A DNA stretch of 61,634 nt, counting the filler, from Diploschistes diacapsis (Eukaryota): the NCBI GenBank assembly GCA_023645945.1. It is 9 parts of 9 records of this genome, joined end to end, with 100 filler letters (N's around TTAATTAATTAA, not from the genome) between each part and the next. Parts side by side here need not be neighbours in the genome. Positions count along the whole stretch, not along the records: positions 39,959 to 44,220 come from JALAIB010001736.1; positions 44,321 to 48,582 come from JALAIB010001737.1; positions 48,683 to 52,936 come from JALAIB010001738.1; 6 more parts are not named here. One strand, given 5' to 3'. A program made the translations under genes and the position numbers. The notes beneath the pieces were generated by a model. That model was not told where the DNA came from, searched no databases, and saw only the letters and a program-made list of their open reading frames with translations. This document shows positions 39,959 through 51,600 of the stretch, piece after piece (position 1 is the first letter of the stretch; each line of letters opens with the position of its first letter).

Positions 39959-41204
39959 CAATTAAGATTTAAAAGAAAATAATATTTTACGTAACATTCT
40001 TTTATTTTAAAATGTTTAAAGCATTTATATTTATTATTCGTGGATAACGAATAAATTAATTCAAGATCTATTTATAAAGAACGGTTCGCTCTTCTACGAA
40101 AATCTTTTCGAGAGCATAAAAGATAAGTACGCGCTATTATTACGTTAATCACTCGTTTTAGTATTTATATTAAGTTTATTTGTTTATTTATTACTGTTTA
40201 AGAGCTTAAGACTGAAATTACGATAAAGATCTTAGATTATTGAAGTAGTAATGGATATAAGTAAAAAATTGAAAGCTGTCGTAGTTGTACTTATTAGGCA
40301 AGCTTAGCCTTTTTTGAATTAACGGGGGTGCCCATCGGAAATGAGTTTAAAACCCGTTTAATCCTTTGTATTACTTGATTAATTCAGTAATATTCTGGAT
40401 TGATATAGAATGAATAGTCAAATTCTCCGTTTAGATCCACTAAACGCCTTCTGCCTGTATGGACAAATCCTATCGTTTTAGGCATGATATTGATTAATGA
40501 TCATTACTCGTAAAGTAATTCTTTCAACATAGAGATCATAGAAATGACTTTTCAGCTTCACCACCACCGCAATATTAATACTGCTTCGTAAGTAAACGCT
40601 TTTGTCTGATTTGATTTTGGCTGCGGAGCTGGAGTTTGCTAAACTGGGCTTTTCTACTGAACCAGGCTAACAATTTACAGACCACGTCGTTCTACGCCGC
40701 CCCCTCCACCTACACTTCCTTCCCTCTGACGCTAATGTCTCACCTCATCTCCTCAACGCCGCCATCACCGCGTCCCTTCTTCCCTCCCTTATCCCTTCCG
40801 ACGTAGTCTTGCGTCCGGCTTCATCTGCTCCGAAATGTAAGGTTCGACGTTACATACCAATATACAACAACACACAGGAAACGTTATCTTGAGGCAATAT
40901 TTTGCAAGGGCACCATTGGCTAGTAACCTGCTTTACATTTTCGGAGTCAGTCAATTAATATTAGGCCAAAAGTAGTTGGGTACACCATAAGCGGCAGTAA
41001 ATAAATAGTCAACTCTTGCTTACCAGGGCGACCGGCAGGCATTGTGAGACTTGGAATTGAAGATACGAACCAGGAACTGCAGAGGTTTCGTGGCAGTATG
41101 CTGGTAGGATTGGTGGGAAGTGGAGGTTGAACGCGTTGAAGAGGACGGGGCAGTTGCATATGGAAAGGGAGATGAAATATGGCAACAGCTGAAGATGCAA
41201 AGAC

Positions 41205-42175
41205 CCAGACTTGAACTTTGTTCAACTAACCCTGACGCAGTGTCCGATTGCGGGCTTGATCCCCGTTTTGATTATCGGATCCATCAAGGCTATAATGAAT
41301 GCTATGCGCGCATCAGATCCCTTCGAGGCCAATGTGTAAGTCCTGATCATGAACCGTACATCTTCCCAATCCTCCGGCTGGTCTTCATTTATGAGCTCGT
41401 TGTCGAAGTATCGCTTGATGAGATCAGCGCGCTTTTCTGCTGCGACCTGTTGATCTATCAAGGTTGTGCTCTTTTCTCCAAAATTCTGTTGTAGGCCCTA
41501 TATTTTGTTAGTAGAATGAATCCGTATAATTAGGCGACGTAGAAAGTTTATGGCAATTAAAATCTTATTAATGAATACAGCTTAGCAACCGTCGGATGTT
41601 GCGTGAACATCATGACCTTCAATGGGTTTTTGCCTTTTCTAGGCTTTTGAGATTCCTTTTCGTATATATTAATGAAGTTAGTTAGTTTCTTAGAAGATTT
41701 TAGAATAGCCTATAAATTGTCCTCGTAGATCTTCTATACATCTAGTTGGCGTAGTCCTCGCGGTTGTAAGTTACTAATGGCTTCGAGCGTCAGAGGCGTA
41801 AAAGCTGCGGGAATGACGAGCCGATAAGATTTTCTCGATTATTTAATAGAAGTTACGCGGCCTTCGCAAGAGATAGAAGGCTCTGAAGAGGGAACGGTGT
41901 CCCGTTTTTTTACTAGCGGTATTCATATTCGCGAATTGATTCGATAAAAGAATTTGACTATAATATTTCGAGAAGTTGAAGTGACCCGGGTTTTAAGTCC
42001 ACGACACCGCGGTGTCCGTGAAAGTGTCTGTTAATCAAGGCTGGAAATGCGTCGTCGATCCGTCTCTTCCGGGCCGTTCCCCTTCGTTATCGGCGGATCT
42101 GTGGCCAAGCTCGAAACCCTGCAGGACCCGTTGCAAGTCACCGCTCGAGTACAGCGGAGGGGTACAAGCGGGCAT
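41205..42175 (-). pseudogene. Degenerate SF2 (SNF2-like) helicase C-terminal domain gene, partly RIP-mutated
   Basis: Minus-strand relic 'ILKSSKKL...KVMMFTQHP..AKL', a probable intron with a RIP-altered donor, then 'KRADLIKRYF...VRFMIRTYTLASKG...ALMDP...PAIGHCVRVS*TK', resembling helicase motifs IV-VI (QAIGRxxRxGQ). Several in-frame stops. Confidence 0.5.
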
Positions 42176-43234
42176 GTTTCCTAAAACGTGATCAAGTATT
42201 TCGCTTCTAATTCGAATCGCGGCTGTCCGAGGCAGCTATCGCTCGTCCCAGCCCAGCGTACGGTTTCGTGCCGTTGTTACAGGTGAATTGCGGCAGGTTT
42301 TCCTCGGCCTCTTGTTTAAGCGCGACAGAAAAAATTTGACAACAGTGCTGTCCTATGAAAGACACTGGTTCTTACTCGGGCCACACGCAGTTATTTATAG
42401 ACCTTTATATAGTACTGATCGACGGCATCTTGTTGGAAAATTAGATTATCTGAATTCATCACGTCGTCATTAATACGAAGCAGCGAACGATCTTGAAGCC
42501 TACTTGCCGCGCACCAGAGCTAACGCATAGCATCTTTATCGAAAATCGCTATATTAAGATTGGTATGCTCCAAAGAGGTCTCGAGAACTAAATAAATTCT
42601 TTTACTAAATGACCAATCATTGGTTTCTCGAATAGTCCTATGCTTCGCTTGAGAAAGAATCCGACGGTTTAAGCGGTACCCATCAGACTCTCCAGCCAGA
42701 CTTCTGATGGGCACCGCTAATTCAAGAAAGGTTAGACTTAACCGACAGAATAGCTACAACAGGCCTTTAAAATTTCTACTTCAACAATCCCAGGCGGTCA
42801 TGAATGAACAAATGAGCTTAATATAAATACTAAAGCCGTTGGTTTAATGCAACAGCAACGCGGCGAAATAAAAGAAAGAATGGATCATAACGACCGTGGT
42901 AAGAAATACAGTGCAGTACTCGCCGAAATCGGTACGGAAATCAACCTACCAGCCTATTCGACACCGTGAAAAAAAACCGGGTCAATATTAATAAAAATAA
43001 GAAAAGAAGTGACAACCTTTCAGAAATCCCTAAAGAATATTATAAATAACACCGAATAAGCCAAAAATGAGCGAGACAAATCCTCGAAACTTCGCTCCAA
43101 CATGGTAACAAATACCCAGCAGCAACCACTCTATTAGTCCTGCTTCTATACCCCGATAGCAACTCTTACTCTTTCATCAGGACAGGCGGCACATCCTCGA
43201 CAATGTCCTTCTCCTACACCTTATGTAAGACCTG

Positions 43235-43540
43235 CATCCACTGCTTCATTATAGCTTGCCTTAAACTCAGCTATTCGGTCTGCTGAATGTCGTTATAGCT
43301 CTCTTTCCGTGATCCACATATTATCTTATGTACTCCATCCTCGTCCTTTGCGGATGTAGCGCTTAGTTAGTAGGCGTTTAATTTCGTATTCTTTATCGAT
43401 TCCGATTGTCACTGGCGGCGGCGGCAAGGGTCGTCGACGATATGGGTCGTTCGCGGGATCTGGCACCGGTTCGAGGTGTGCGATGTTGATAATATCGTGA
43501 ATCTGGTGAGATCCGGTAGTTGTGATTTGTAATTAAGTTC
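43235..43540 (-). mobile_element. Ty3/Gypsy chromovirus relic: integrase C-terminal GPY/F region plus chromodomain
   Basis: Minus strand reads 'IHDIINIAHLEPVPDPANDPYRRRPLPPPPVTIGIDKEYEIKRLLTKRYIRKGRGWST*DNMWITEREL*RHSADRIAEF'. Confidence 0.8.
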
Positions 43541-44220
43541 TCACGAACAAATTCGTGAGAACTATTCAAATCTTAAGAACGTTCCATTCCTTACTCGATT
43601 CGATCCTCTGCACGATATAACCCCTATACTTATACGGTAGATGAAAAGCGATGTTCGATTCCTTACCCGATTCAACCCCCTGCTCAATTCCTTTTACTAC
43701 ACTCGGGTATCTAAAATCTTGTTTAAACTAATCCTCCTGGAATCATTACCATCCATTGCATTCCAGGAAGCGCCGCCTAATTGCCCTATTCAATTCATAA
43801 GACTTCCTAAGGTGACGAATGAGTTCGGAATAGACCTTAAAGGCTATTTTCTAGAACTTTTTTTATAAATGAAGGCCGTTTAGCTCATATTTAATTCCCA
43901 TAGAACTTTATATGCGTTTTGTATATGAAACACACTACGTCGCAAACGTATGATTTTAAAGTAAAGATAGATTGAAGCCGCCTCGCTGTCTATATAAAGA
44001 TTAAATCTCTATATAGATATGCCGTAAAAGATTAACATTGATACGATTAGGGCCTGAAGCCCTTTGCGCATTAACATGGCCTTCCAAAAGCAGTCACAAT
44101 CACCCCCATTCAGCCCCTATACCCCCCTATTTGTCTCCTCCTCCTCCTCCAGCGCCTCCCTGCCCTCCTCGCCGCTTCGTGCGGCATCCACACCGCCGCC
44201 GCAAACCTCCCCACCCTCCG

Positions 44221-44320
44221 NNNNNNNNNNNNNNNNNNNNNNNNNNNNNNNNNNNNNNNNNNNNTTAATTAATTAANNNNNNNNNNNNNNNNNNNNNNNN
44301 NNNNNNNNNNNNNNNNNNNN
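44221..44320. other. Artificial contig linker
   Basis: 44N-TTAATTAATTAA-44N. Confidence 0.99.
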
Positions 44321-44742
44321 GGAGAGCTGGGATGGGGGGGGGAAGAACTTGTATCTGTAAGAGAATTTTGGCTATGCATTGTATTTATCAGGGGCTTGTG
44401 GTGTTCAAGTCAAACTGACTGCACTGAAATGCAGGTGGACGAGCACAAAGAACTTTTTTGAATAGTGTATCTTGTGGGAATTGTGTCGCTATCAAGTACA
44501 CTATGACAACGTGCATGAAACATGGGTGTCAACACAAAACCTTTCTAGCATACATCTTACTCAAACAAGCCTAGCTAGCCCCTTAGCACACCCGCTTTGT
44601 CTAACCATCGTCATTCCAGCCCCAGGAAACCCCTCGAGCACCGCGCTAAACCCAAGATCCAAGCACATTGCCGTGTTAAAACATGATTGCATGCGAAAAG
44701 CAAACGCCAAGAACTTCAGCACGATAAATCCTTCTGCTTCTC

Positions 44743-46035
44743 TTACGCTTTGGCGTTCTCCACCTTTCCCTCCACTTCCATCTTGATCTCCTCAATTTCT
44801 TTGACCCAAGCCTGGATGCCGATCCTGGCTTCCGTCTTCTTCGCGAGCGCACTACGAACCGCTCGCTCAACCACACCACCCCTCTTCACCCTCAGCCCGC
44901 TAGTCCATTCGCCCATCCTCACTCCATCAAGCACCATACCCTCTTTCACCATGGCTAGCTTTCGCATATTATGCCCAGCGTGTGCGTATGGATCCTCGCC
45001 CACGGCTGCCATAACTAGTGTTACAGCCAGCGCCCAGACATCCGAAGCCTCTGTAGCAACGGCTGCATCAGCTGGATTTGAAGGGGAGGAGGAGCGCGAG
45101 TATGACTTCAAAAGTTCTGGAGAGGCGTAGGAAGTTGTGATCGCATCTGTGGGAAGAGCAGCGGGCGCATCGCCCGAATAGGGTTTCATGAGACGGGCTG
45201 AGCTAAAGTCGCAGTACAGTGCCTTGTACGTTGATTCCTCGCAGAGTGTATCGGAGTCGCTGACTGAGGGAGCGAGGAGGACGTTGGAGGCTTTGATATC
45301 GCCGTGAACGACGCCCATGCTGTGTACCCAGGCAAGGCCACGGAGCAACTGCGAAGCGATGTCAAGCCATGGTCTTATACCGATCACTGGATCTGAAGAA
45401 GGCCGGACGGCTGGTATGTTTCGCCCAGCGCCAAGAGCTGCACTGGCAAGATTTGACAATGTTTCTGACGCACGGGAAAGGACGAGAGAGTTAGTCGCGG
45501 GACTAAACCCATGCATTCGTACCATGTATGATGACGAATCTGGGCATCTCGCGAGCCTAGAGAGAATGTGGGCCTCGTGCTTGATCACGGGGAGAGCTAG
45601 AGTATGGGAGGGAACCTTGATAGCGAAGCACCTTGTCGCAGAAAGGACTCCTGCTGGTGAAGCAGGTGGTGTTAATGGCGATTGTGATGGGACAGTCGGG
45701 ACTTTGACCGGCTTCTCCCAAGCTTCGAATACTCTAGACCAAGCTCCAATCCCTATCTCTTCCCCAAGCTCAAGTTCGCCAGTGAATATCAGAAGCTCAT
45801 TCTCGGCCTCCCTTCTCGCCAGTAGCTCTGTCTCGGAGACCCTGATTTCATCGTCTCCTATGTCTCCCCCAGCAGGTCGTATGGGTGTGTCTGGGGGCGT
45901 CAAATCATCACCTACGGCCTGCATAACTGAGATGCGCATCTTTTCCATTTCGGGACCAAGAACCTGCTGGAGGCGATTGGCAGATGTGGACTTGCTGGCG
46001 GTAGGCATGGCGGGTGTGGAAAGTGAAGAGTCCAT
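44743..46035 (-). CDS. Ser/Thr protein kinase-like protein, intronless, 430 aa
   Basis: Gly loop 'IGIGAWSRVF', 'FAIK', alphaC 'HEAHIL', catalytic loop 'VHGDIKASNVLL', 'DFSSA' in place of DFG, 'YASPE', 'SDVWALAV'. Confidence 0.88.
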   Translation of the reverse strand: MDSSLSTPAMPTASKSTSANRLQQVLGPEMEKMRISVMQAVGDDLTPPDTPIRPAGGDIGDDEIRVSETELLARREAENELLIFTGELELGEEIGIGAWSRVFEAWEKPVKVPTVPSQSPLTPPASPAGVLSATRCFAIKVPSHTLALPVIKHEAHILSRLARCPDSSSYMVRMHGFSPATNSLVLSRASETLSNLASAALGAGRNIPAVRPSSDPVIGIRPWLDIASQLLRGLAWVHSMGVVHGDIKASNVLLAPSVSDSDTLCEESTYKALYCDFSSARLMKPYSGDAPAALPTDAITTSYASPELLKSYSRSSSPSNPADAAVATEASDVWALAVTLVMAAVGEDPYAHAGHNMRKLAMVKEGMVLDGVRMGEWTSGLRVKRGGVVERAVRSALAKKTEARIGIQAWVKEIEEIKMEVEGKVENAKA

Positions 46036-47164
46036 GAAATCTATCTATTGTTCAGTTATCGGTGGAGTAGAAGAGGGGCTTCTCTAAGCGTCTTTTCTTC
46101 AAGTGTAGGAAGGTAGACGAGGTGTAGACCGAAGTTGACGTGCCGAATCGTCAATATGTTGCTTTGGGTAAAGCGCGTGTCATAAATAGGAGTCCATCTT
46201 CTTTGACTCATATACCAAAGTCCACACAGCGCACAAAGCTCACGATGTTCATGAGGTTCACAAAGGTTACAACGGCCCACAATCCTTATAGAGAAATTAG
46301 AGATCAATAACAAAAGTAAAGAAATTCAAAATTTCAGCAACGGGCAGGTCGGGCGTCGCTGTTCCAATATACTTATACAGGTATCCCCGTGTGGCCTGAT
46401 CGGTCAACAATGGGAAGATGCAGCTCAACAACGACGCGGTTCTCTGCCTAGACGGGTCTAGTGGGAATATTTGGCGGATGGAACCAGGAACAGAGCATCG
46501 ATAACGGGAAACCGGGTTTGCGCGCGAGATGTTTCCGAGTTGGAGGATATCTCAAGTCACAGAACATAGAAAGATAGAGCAAAGTCTAAATCCAATATTA
46601 GCAAGGGAAGGGATGGAAGGAAAGGAGTCAGCCAGCCATGTGGGCTGCTATCTGCTCATTATGAATCATGGCGGCCGCACCTTTCCTCTTCTTCCCGTCC
46701 ATGTTACATGACGCATGCAATAAACGTGCCAACCGTCTGTGTATTATTGGGTGGGCTGATTTTACCGCTTATGCAAGCGTCGGAGGCAGGCAAGATGAGC
46801 TGCATCTTATCCTGCCTGTTAGCTTTCGCGCACTTGACTTTTGCATGAGTGGCCGATGCATGGAACATGGAAGGTCAAAAATCAAATCGAATTGCAGTTG
46901 GCGATTCACTTAAGCGAGCCTCAAATCCTCAACTCCGTTAACTCCATGTCCATATCGGCGGGAGACTCTCCGATCAATCCACTCAGCCCTACAGCAGTAA
47001 ACCCCGTATAAGTTACTTTTCTTTTTCTTTATCTCCGAAAAGCTTCATGGGCGAAGCTTTCTTTAATACTCATATTGCATGCAACTGCATGATTGAGCGA
47101 TACAATCTCTTTGGGCCCTTATGCACCTGATGATTAATCACGGCTATGATTCTTCCTGTCGCTT

Positions 47165-48574
47165 ATGACATCTGTCACCAATGTCATGAAACCTACAATA
47201 TATCTGACCCGACCTCTTCCTCGATTACATCTCTTGGCTAACTACCTCCTATCGCAGCCACGCCTTGCTCTCACCCTCGCCTTTTCCATCGTTTACCTCC
47301 TCACACTAGCCTGGCACTACCCCCTCTCTTCACACGACCCCTCTTCCATCTTCTTCTCCAACGCTCATGGCTATGATAAACGCTACTCCCTCGTTCGCGA
47401 GGCGCAATCTCTCTCCTTCATTAACGCCACCCATTACCTTGCCGATTCCTCCAGCTCTCCTACAACACCACCTCCAGCTTCTCCCTCCATTTGTCTCGGT
47501 ATAGCGACCGTCGCCCGCCCAACCACCCAATACGTAACCCTTACCGTCGGCTCCGTGCTCGAGGGTCTCACTACCGAGGAACGTGCCGACATACACTTCA
47601 TCTTCTTCATCGCCCACACAGACCCCAGCGTGCATCCCGTCTACCAGGAACCCTGGACACGCCTTCTCCCAGACACGTACCTCTCCTACCTCGGTCTACC
47701 AGTCTCTCAGCTCTCGAACTTACGAAAGTGGGAAGAAGAGCACGACTACCGCTCCAAAGGCCTCTTCGACTATTCCTACCTCCTCGACTCCTGCTACACC
47801 AAAACCTCAGCCCCCTACATCGCCATCCTCGAAGGTGATGTCCTCGCCGTGCGCGGCTGGTACGCCCGAGCCCTTGCAGCAGCCGAGCACATCGACTCCC
47901 TTGACCCGCACGACGAAGACGACCCCTACCTCCCCCCACCCTCATCCGACGTCGGCCGCGCCAACCCCGACTCCATCCCGACCCAAGACCTTCCCAAAGC
48001 CTCCTGGCTCTACCTCCGTCTCTTCCACACGGAAACCTACCTAGGCTGGAACAAAGAGTCCTGGCCCACCTACCTGCCCCTCTCAGCCCTGACCTTCCTC
48101 CTAACCAGCAGCACCCTGCTTCTCCTCCGCGCCATGCTCCCCACCTCCGCCCGGCGCTCGCCCTTCCTCTCCAACCCCTCCCTACTCCTCATCACCCTCA
48201 TCTTCATCCCGCTCTCCATCCTCCTTTTCTTCCTTCTCGGCCGCCCCACAGTCCTCCCGCTCCCGCGGCCCCCTCCAGCCGGCGTGCAGCGCATGGATAA
48301 TTACGGCTGCTGCTCGCAAGCCTTAGTCTTCGCGCGGCGGCAGGTGCCGTTTGTGCGGCAGCGGATCGCGGAGCGCCGCGTGGACTATGTGGACATGCTG
48401 ATGGAGGTGGCGGCGGGCGCGTGGGGCATGCAGCGCTGGACGGTGGAGCCGAGCCTGGTGCAGCATGTGGGCGGCATGAGCAGCAAGGGCGATGCCGTGG
48501 CGGATGAGCGGGCGGGCAGGATCTGGGCGTTTGGGTTCGAGAGGTGGCCGGAGGGGGGCGCGCCGGAACCCTGA
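47165..48574 (+). CDS. PGAP4/TMEM246-like GT-A glycosyltransferase with an inserted TM hairpin, 469 aa
   Basis: N-terminal TM; 'CLGIATVARP', 'KGLFDYSYLLDSC...YIAILEGDV', 'YLRLFHTE', two internal TM helices, 'LLGRP', 'GCCSQALVF', 'VEPSLVQHVGGMSS'. These follow the same order as motifs recalled for human PGAP4 (EDD, YLKLYHPE, LVGRH, QCCTPAMLF, VEPNLVKHIGLFSS). Confidence 0.75.
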   Translation: MTSVTNVMKPTIYLTRPLPRLHLLANYLLSQPRLALTLAFSIVYLLTLAWHYPLSSHDPSSIFFSNAHGYDKRYSLVREAQSLSFINATHYLADSSSSPTTPPPASPSICLGIATVARPTTQYVTLTVGSVLEGLTTEERADIHFIFFIAHTDPSVHPVYQEPWTRLLPDTYLSYLGLPVSQLSNLRKWEEEHDYRSKGLFDYSYLLDSCYTKTSAPYIAILEGDVLAVRGWYARALAAAEHIDSLDPHDEDDPYLPPPSSDVGRANPDSIPTQDLPKASWLYLRLFHTETYLGWNKESWPTYLPLSALTFLLTSSTLLLLRAMLPTSARRSPFLSNPSLLLITLIFIPLSILLFFLLGRPTVLPLPRPPPAGVQRMDNYGCCSQALVFARRQVPFVRQRIAERRVDYVDMLMEVAAGAWGMQRWTVEPSLVQHVGGMSSKGDAVADERAGRIWAFGFERWPEGGAPEP

Positions 48575-48582
48575 GATTCGGG

Positions 48583-48682
48583 NNNNNNNNNNNNNNNNNN
48601 NNNNNNNNNNNNNNNNNNNNNNNNNNTTAATTAATTAANNNNNNNNNNNNNNNNNNNNNNNNNNNNNNNNNNNNNNNNNNNN
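48583..48682. other. Artificial contig linker
   Basis: 44N-TTAATTAATTAA-44N. Confidence 0.99.
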
Positions 48683-51600
48683 ATATTATTTATATTATCG
48701 CCGTATTCAATTTTTTTAATTCTTTTAATTTAAACCGGAAATTTTTTTAATCGTTTAACGTTACGTGGTATTCGTTTATTATTATTTTTTTTAATCGTTC
48801 TTATTTTCGTAATTAATTTAAAAATCCGGAAAATCCGTCCGTCAACGCTTTTTTCGTCGTTATTAATATTATTTACATCTCGTCCGGTAATTTCTTTTTT
48901 TTCTACGTTTTTATCCTAATTCTTAACCTTTTATACCACCTCGTTATATTCTATTTTAACTCGATCAACGGTATTATTATTATCGTTACCCCGTTTCCGC
49001 TATAAAACGCCGGTAATATAAACGTTAAATTCTTTTTTTTTTTTGTCGGTATCATTTTTAATATTTTCGATTTTTTTTTTATTATTGTTTCTATTATTTG
49101 TTTTTATAATTTCTTAAATTTCGCCTTTTCGTTTATTATTTTCTTTAATTGTTCTTTTATATCTATCTTTTTTAATCTTTTCAACTTACGTTTCTTACTC
49201 TTTCTATCTTTTTTTTCTTATCTTATTATTTTTCTTTTACTTTCTTTTTAAATCTTAAACCTTAAAAACCGATATTAATCCTCGCTCGCCTGTCGATATT
49301 TCTTCCTCGTCGATGTTATCGTCCCGTTCTACTCCCGTATCTCGCGCGCGTATATCATTCTTATCACGTGCGATCCGTGCTTCGCCTATATATCCTCGAT
49401 CTCGTCCTCGTTCATTTCTTCTTCGTCTTCTTCGTCGTATTAAAATCCTTTTTTTAAATATTTTCGATTAATAACGATCGTTATGTTTCTTTACGGCTAT
49501 ATTATTAATCTTTTTATTCTTATCTTTTCCTCGCCCAACCGTTTCGTTAATACTCGATTTATCTTTATAATATCTTATTTCTTTTTATATTTTTTTTCCG
49601 CCGGTTATATCGACCACGATCCCGTATATCTTTCTTTCCTTTCTATCGCTTCCTAACCTTTTATTACCGACAATATCAATTATAAATAATAAATTATTAA
49701 TTCTTTCACCTTTCTCGATAAATATCGATAAATAATTTTAACGTTTTCGCTCAACGTGTATCTTTTATAATATCGCGTTACGAACATTACCGTCCCGTCT
49801 TCAACGAATATATTCCTTCCTTCCCCCTTTCCAGAATTACTATACCTAACGTTTAAAATTTTAAAGCTTCTTGCCGACTAATCGTCCGTTAAATACATTA
49901 ATATTAATTCTAATTCTCGAAACTCGGCCACTTATTTCTTCTATTCTTCTATCTTTTTTTGATTTCTGACTTCTTTACCTTTATTTAACGTTTTTTTATT
50001 AATTAATCTTTTCGCTAACCACGTCTTACTTTCCACCGGCCACGAATTACGTTCGTCTTTAACGAAACTATATCTCATTTCTTTTCGCGTGGCATCGTCT
50101 TTTAATTTAATTCACGAGATCTTCGATAATTCTTTTTCTTTTTCTTTCCTTTCGTTCATTCTTATCAATCCTTTTATTAAAATATCTCTACATTCCGTTA
50201 TTAATCCGTAAATCGTACCTCGTAATTCGTCTATACCGAACTTTTTATTCTTATACCGGATCTAATCCTTAATTTAATCCACATAACCTTATATCGTCGT
50301 ATTATAATAAATCTTTAACCCGTACGCCCGTCGATTTAACATCTATTATATCGACGTTCCATTTCTTCTAATCATAAATCCGTTTATTATTTTTTTCATT
50401 TTATTTAATATGTTTAATTTATTTTTTTTATTTTCGTTATTTTCCTCGTTAGACTATATCGCTAATTAAATCATTATAAAACGCATTACTTTAATTACTC
50501 GTAATATAATAGGCGGGTAATTCTCCGATATTCGTCATTTATCTTTCGTTACGCCCAATATAGCCATATTATATACTAATAATAATTCATATTTATAACT
50601 TTTATATCTCCGCGACATCAACGCTATACAAAATCTTAAACATACGGCTTTTAATTTTCTCAATCAGATCGATCTTCTTTCGTTTTCTTTTTCTTCTTTT
50701 CTATTCTCTTTTCTTTTATTTTCTATTTCTTCTTCTTCTTCTTCTTCTTCCTCTTCCTCTTCATTATCTTCTTCATCAATTTCTTTTATTTTCTTCTCGA
50801 TCCTAATCCTGTTTCTAATCCCATTTTCTTCTTTTTTTTTCTTTCGACTCTATTTTCGATACATCATCCACGTTTAATTTATTATTTTTATAAACATACT
50901 TTTCTCCTCTACGTCGAATTTAATTTTCGTTTTTTCGTTCTCCTTCCGCCCTTACGTGCGTACGAAAAACGCTATTATCTATTTCCACGATCGCGCGTAA
51001 TCGACGATACTCGCCCGGTCTATATACGTCTATAACGACTAATACTTTATTTACGCCGCCTCCGTCCTGACCGCTTCCATATGAATAAAATATCCGACCT
51101 TCTCTACCGTCGTCTATTAACAATATTCGATCATTTCTTCCATCGCTTTTTATATTACTACCACTAATGATTCCCTTTTTTTATCCGGATCGATTATCGA
51201 ATCTAATAAATCCTTTCGATCTAATCCTTCTAAATATACGGGCCATCCTATCGTTTTTAACCACGAAATAAATTCTATACCTTCTTTTCTTTTTTATATC
51301 CTTTTTCGTCGATTCTTTTCTATACCGTCCTAACTTTCTTTTAACAATCGTAATTTTCGGGTTATTACGTCTTCCGAAGATATTATATCTTTTTCGTTCC
51401 TCGTCTTTATTTTAAAATAATTACTTCCATATCTTTAAATAAAAAACCGTTAATATATAATCGATTTTTATATAATATATTCTTATTCTTATCTTTTTTT
51501 TAATTTATTATTTCGTTTACCTTTAATACTAAGATACTGTCGAGTTCAATAACGTTTCATGTTATTCTCGGCAACGTATACGTACGTATATTCTATACCG

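Noticed and set aside
43580..43690. Two ~30-nt imperfect direct repeats (ttccttactcgattcgatcctctgc / ttccttacccgattcaaccccctgc)
   Set aside because: Only two diverged copies inside degenerate TE-rich DNA; no function can be assigned.
44076..44220. Ser/Pro-rich ORF start running into the linker
   Set aside because: Low-complexity and truncated; not enough to call a gene.
45317..46087. 256-aa plus-strand ORF
   Set aside because: Antisense shadow of the kinase gene with no independent motif. The same applies to the many short ORFs overlapping leashin, RNA15 and the PGAP4-like gene.
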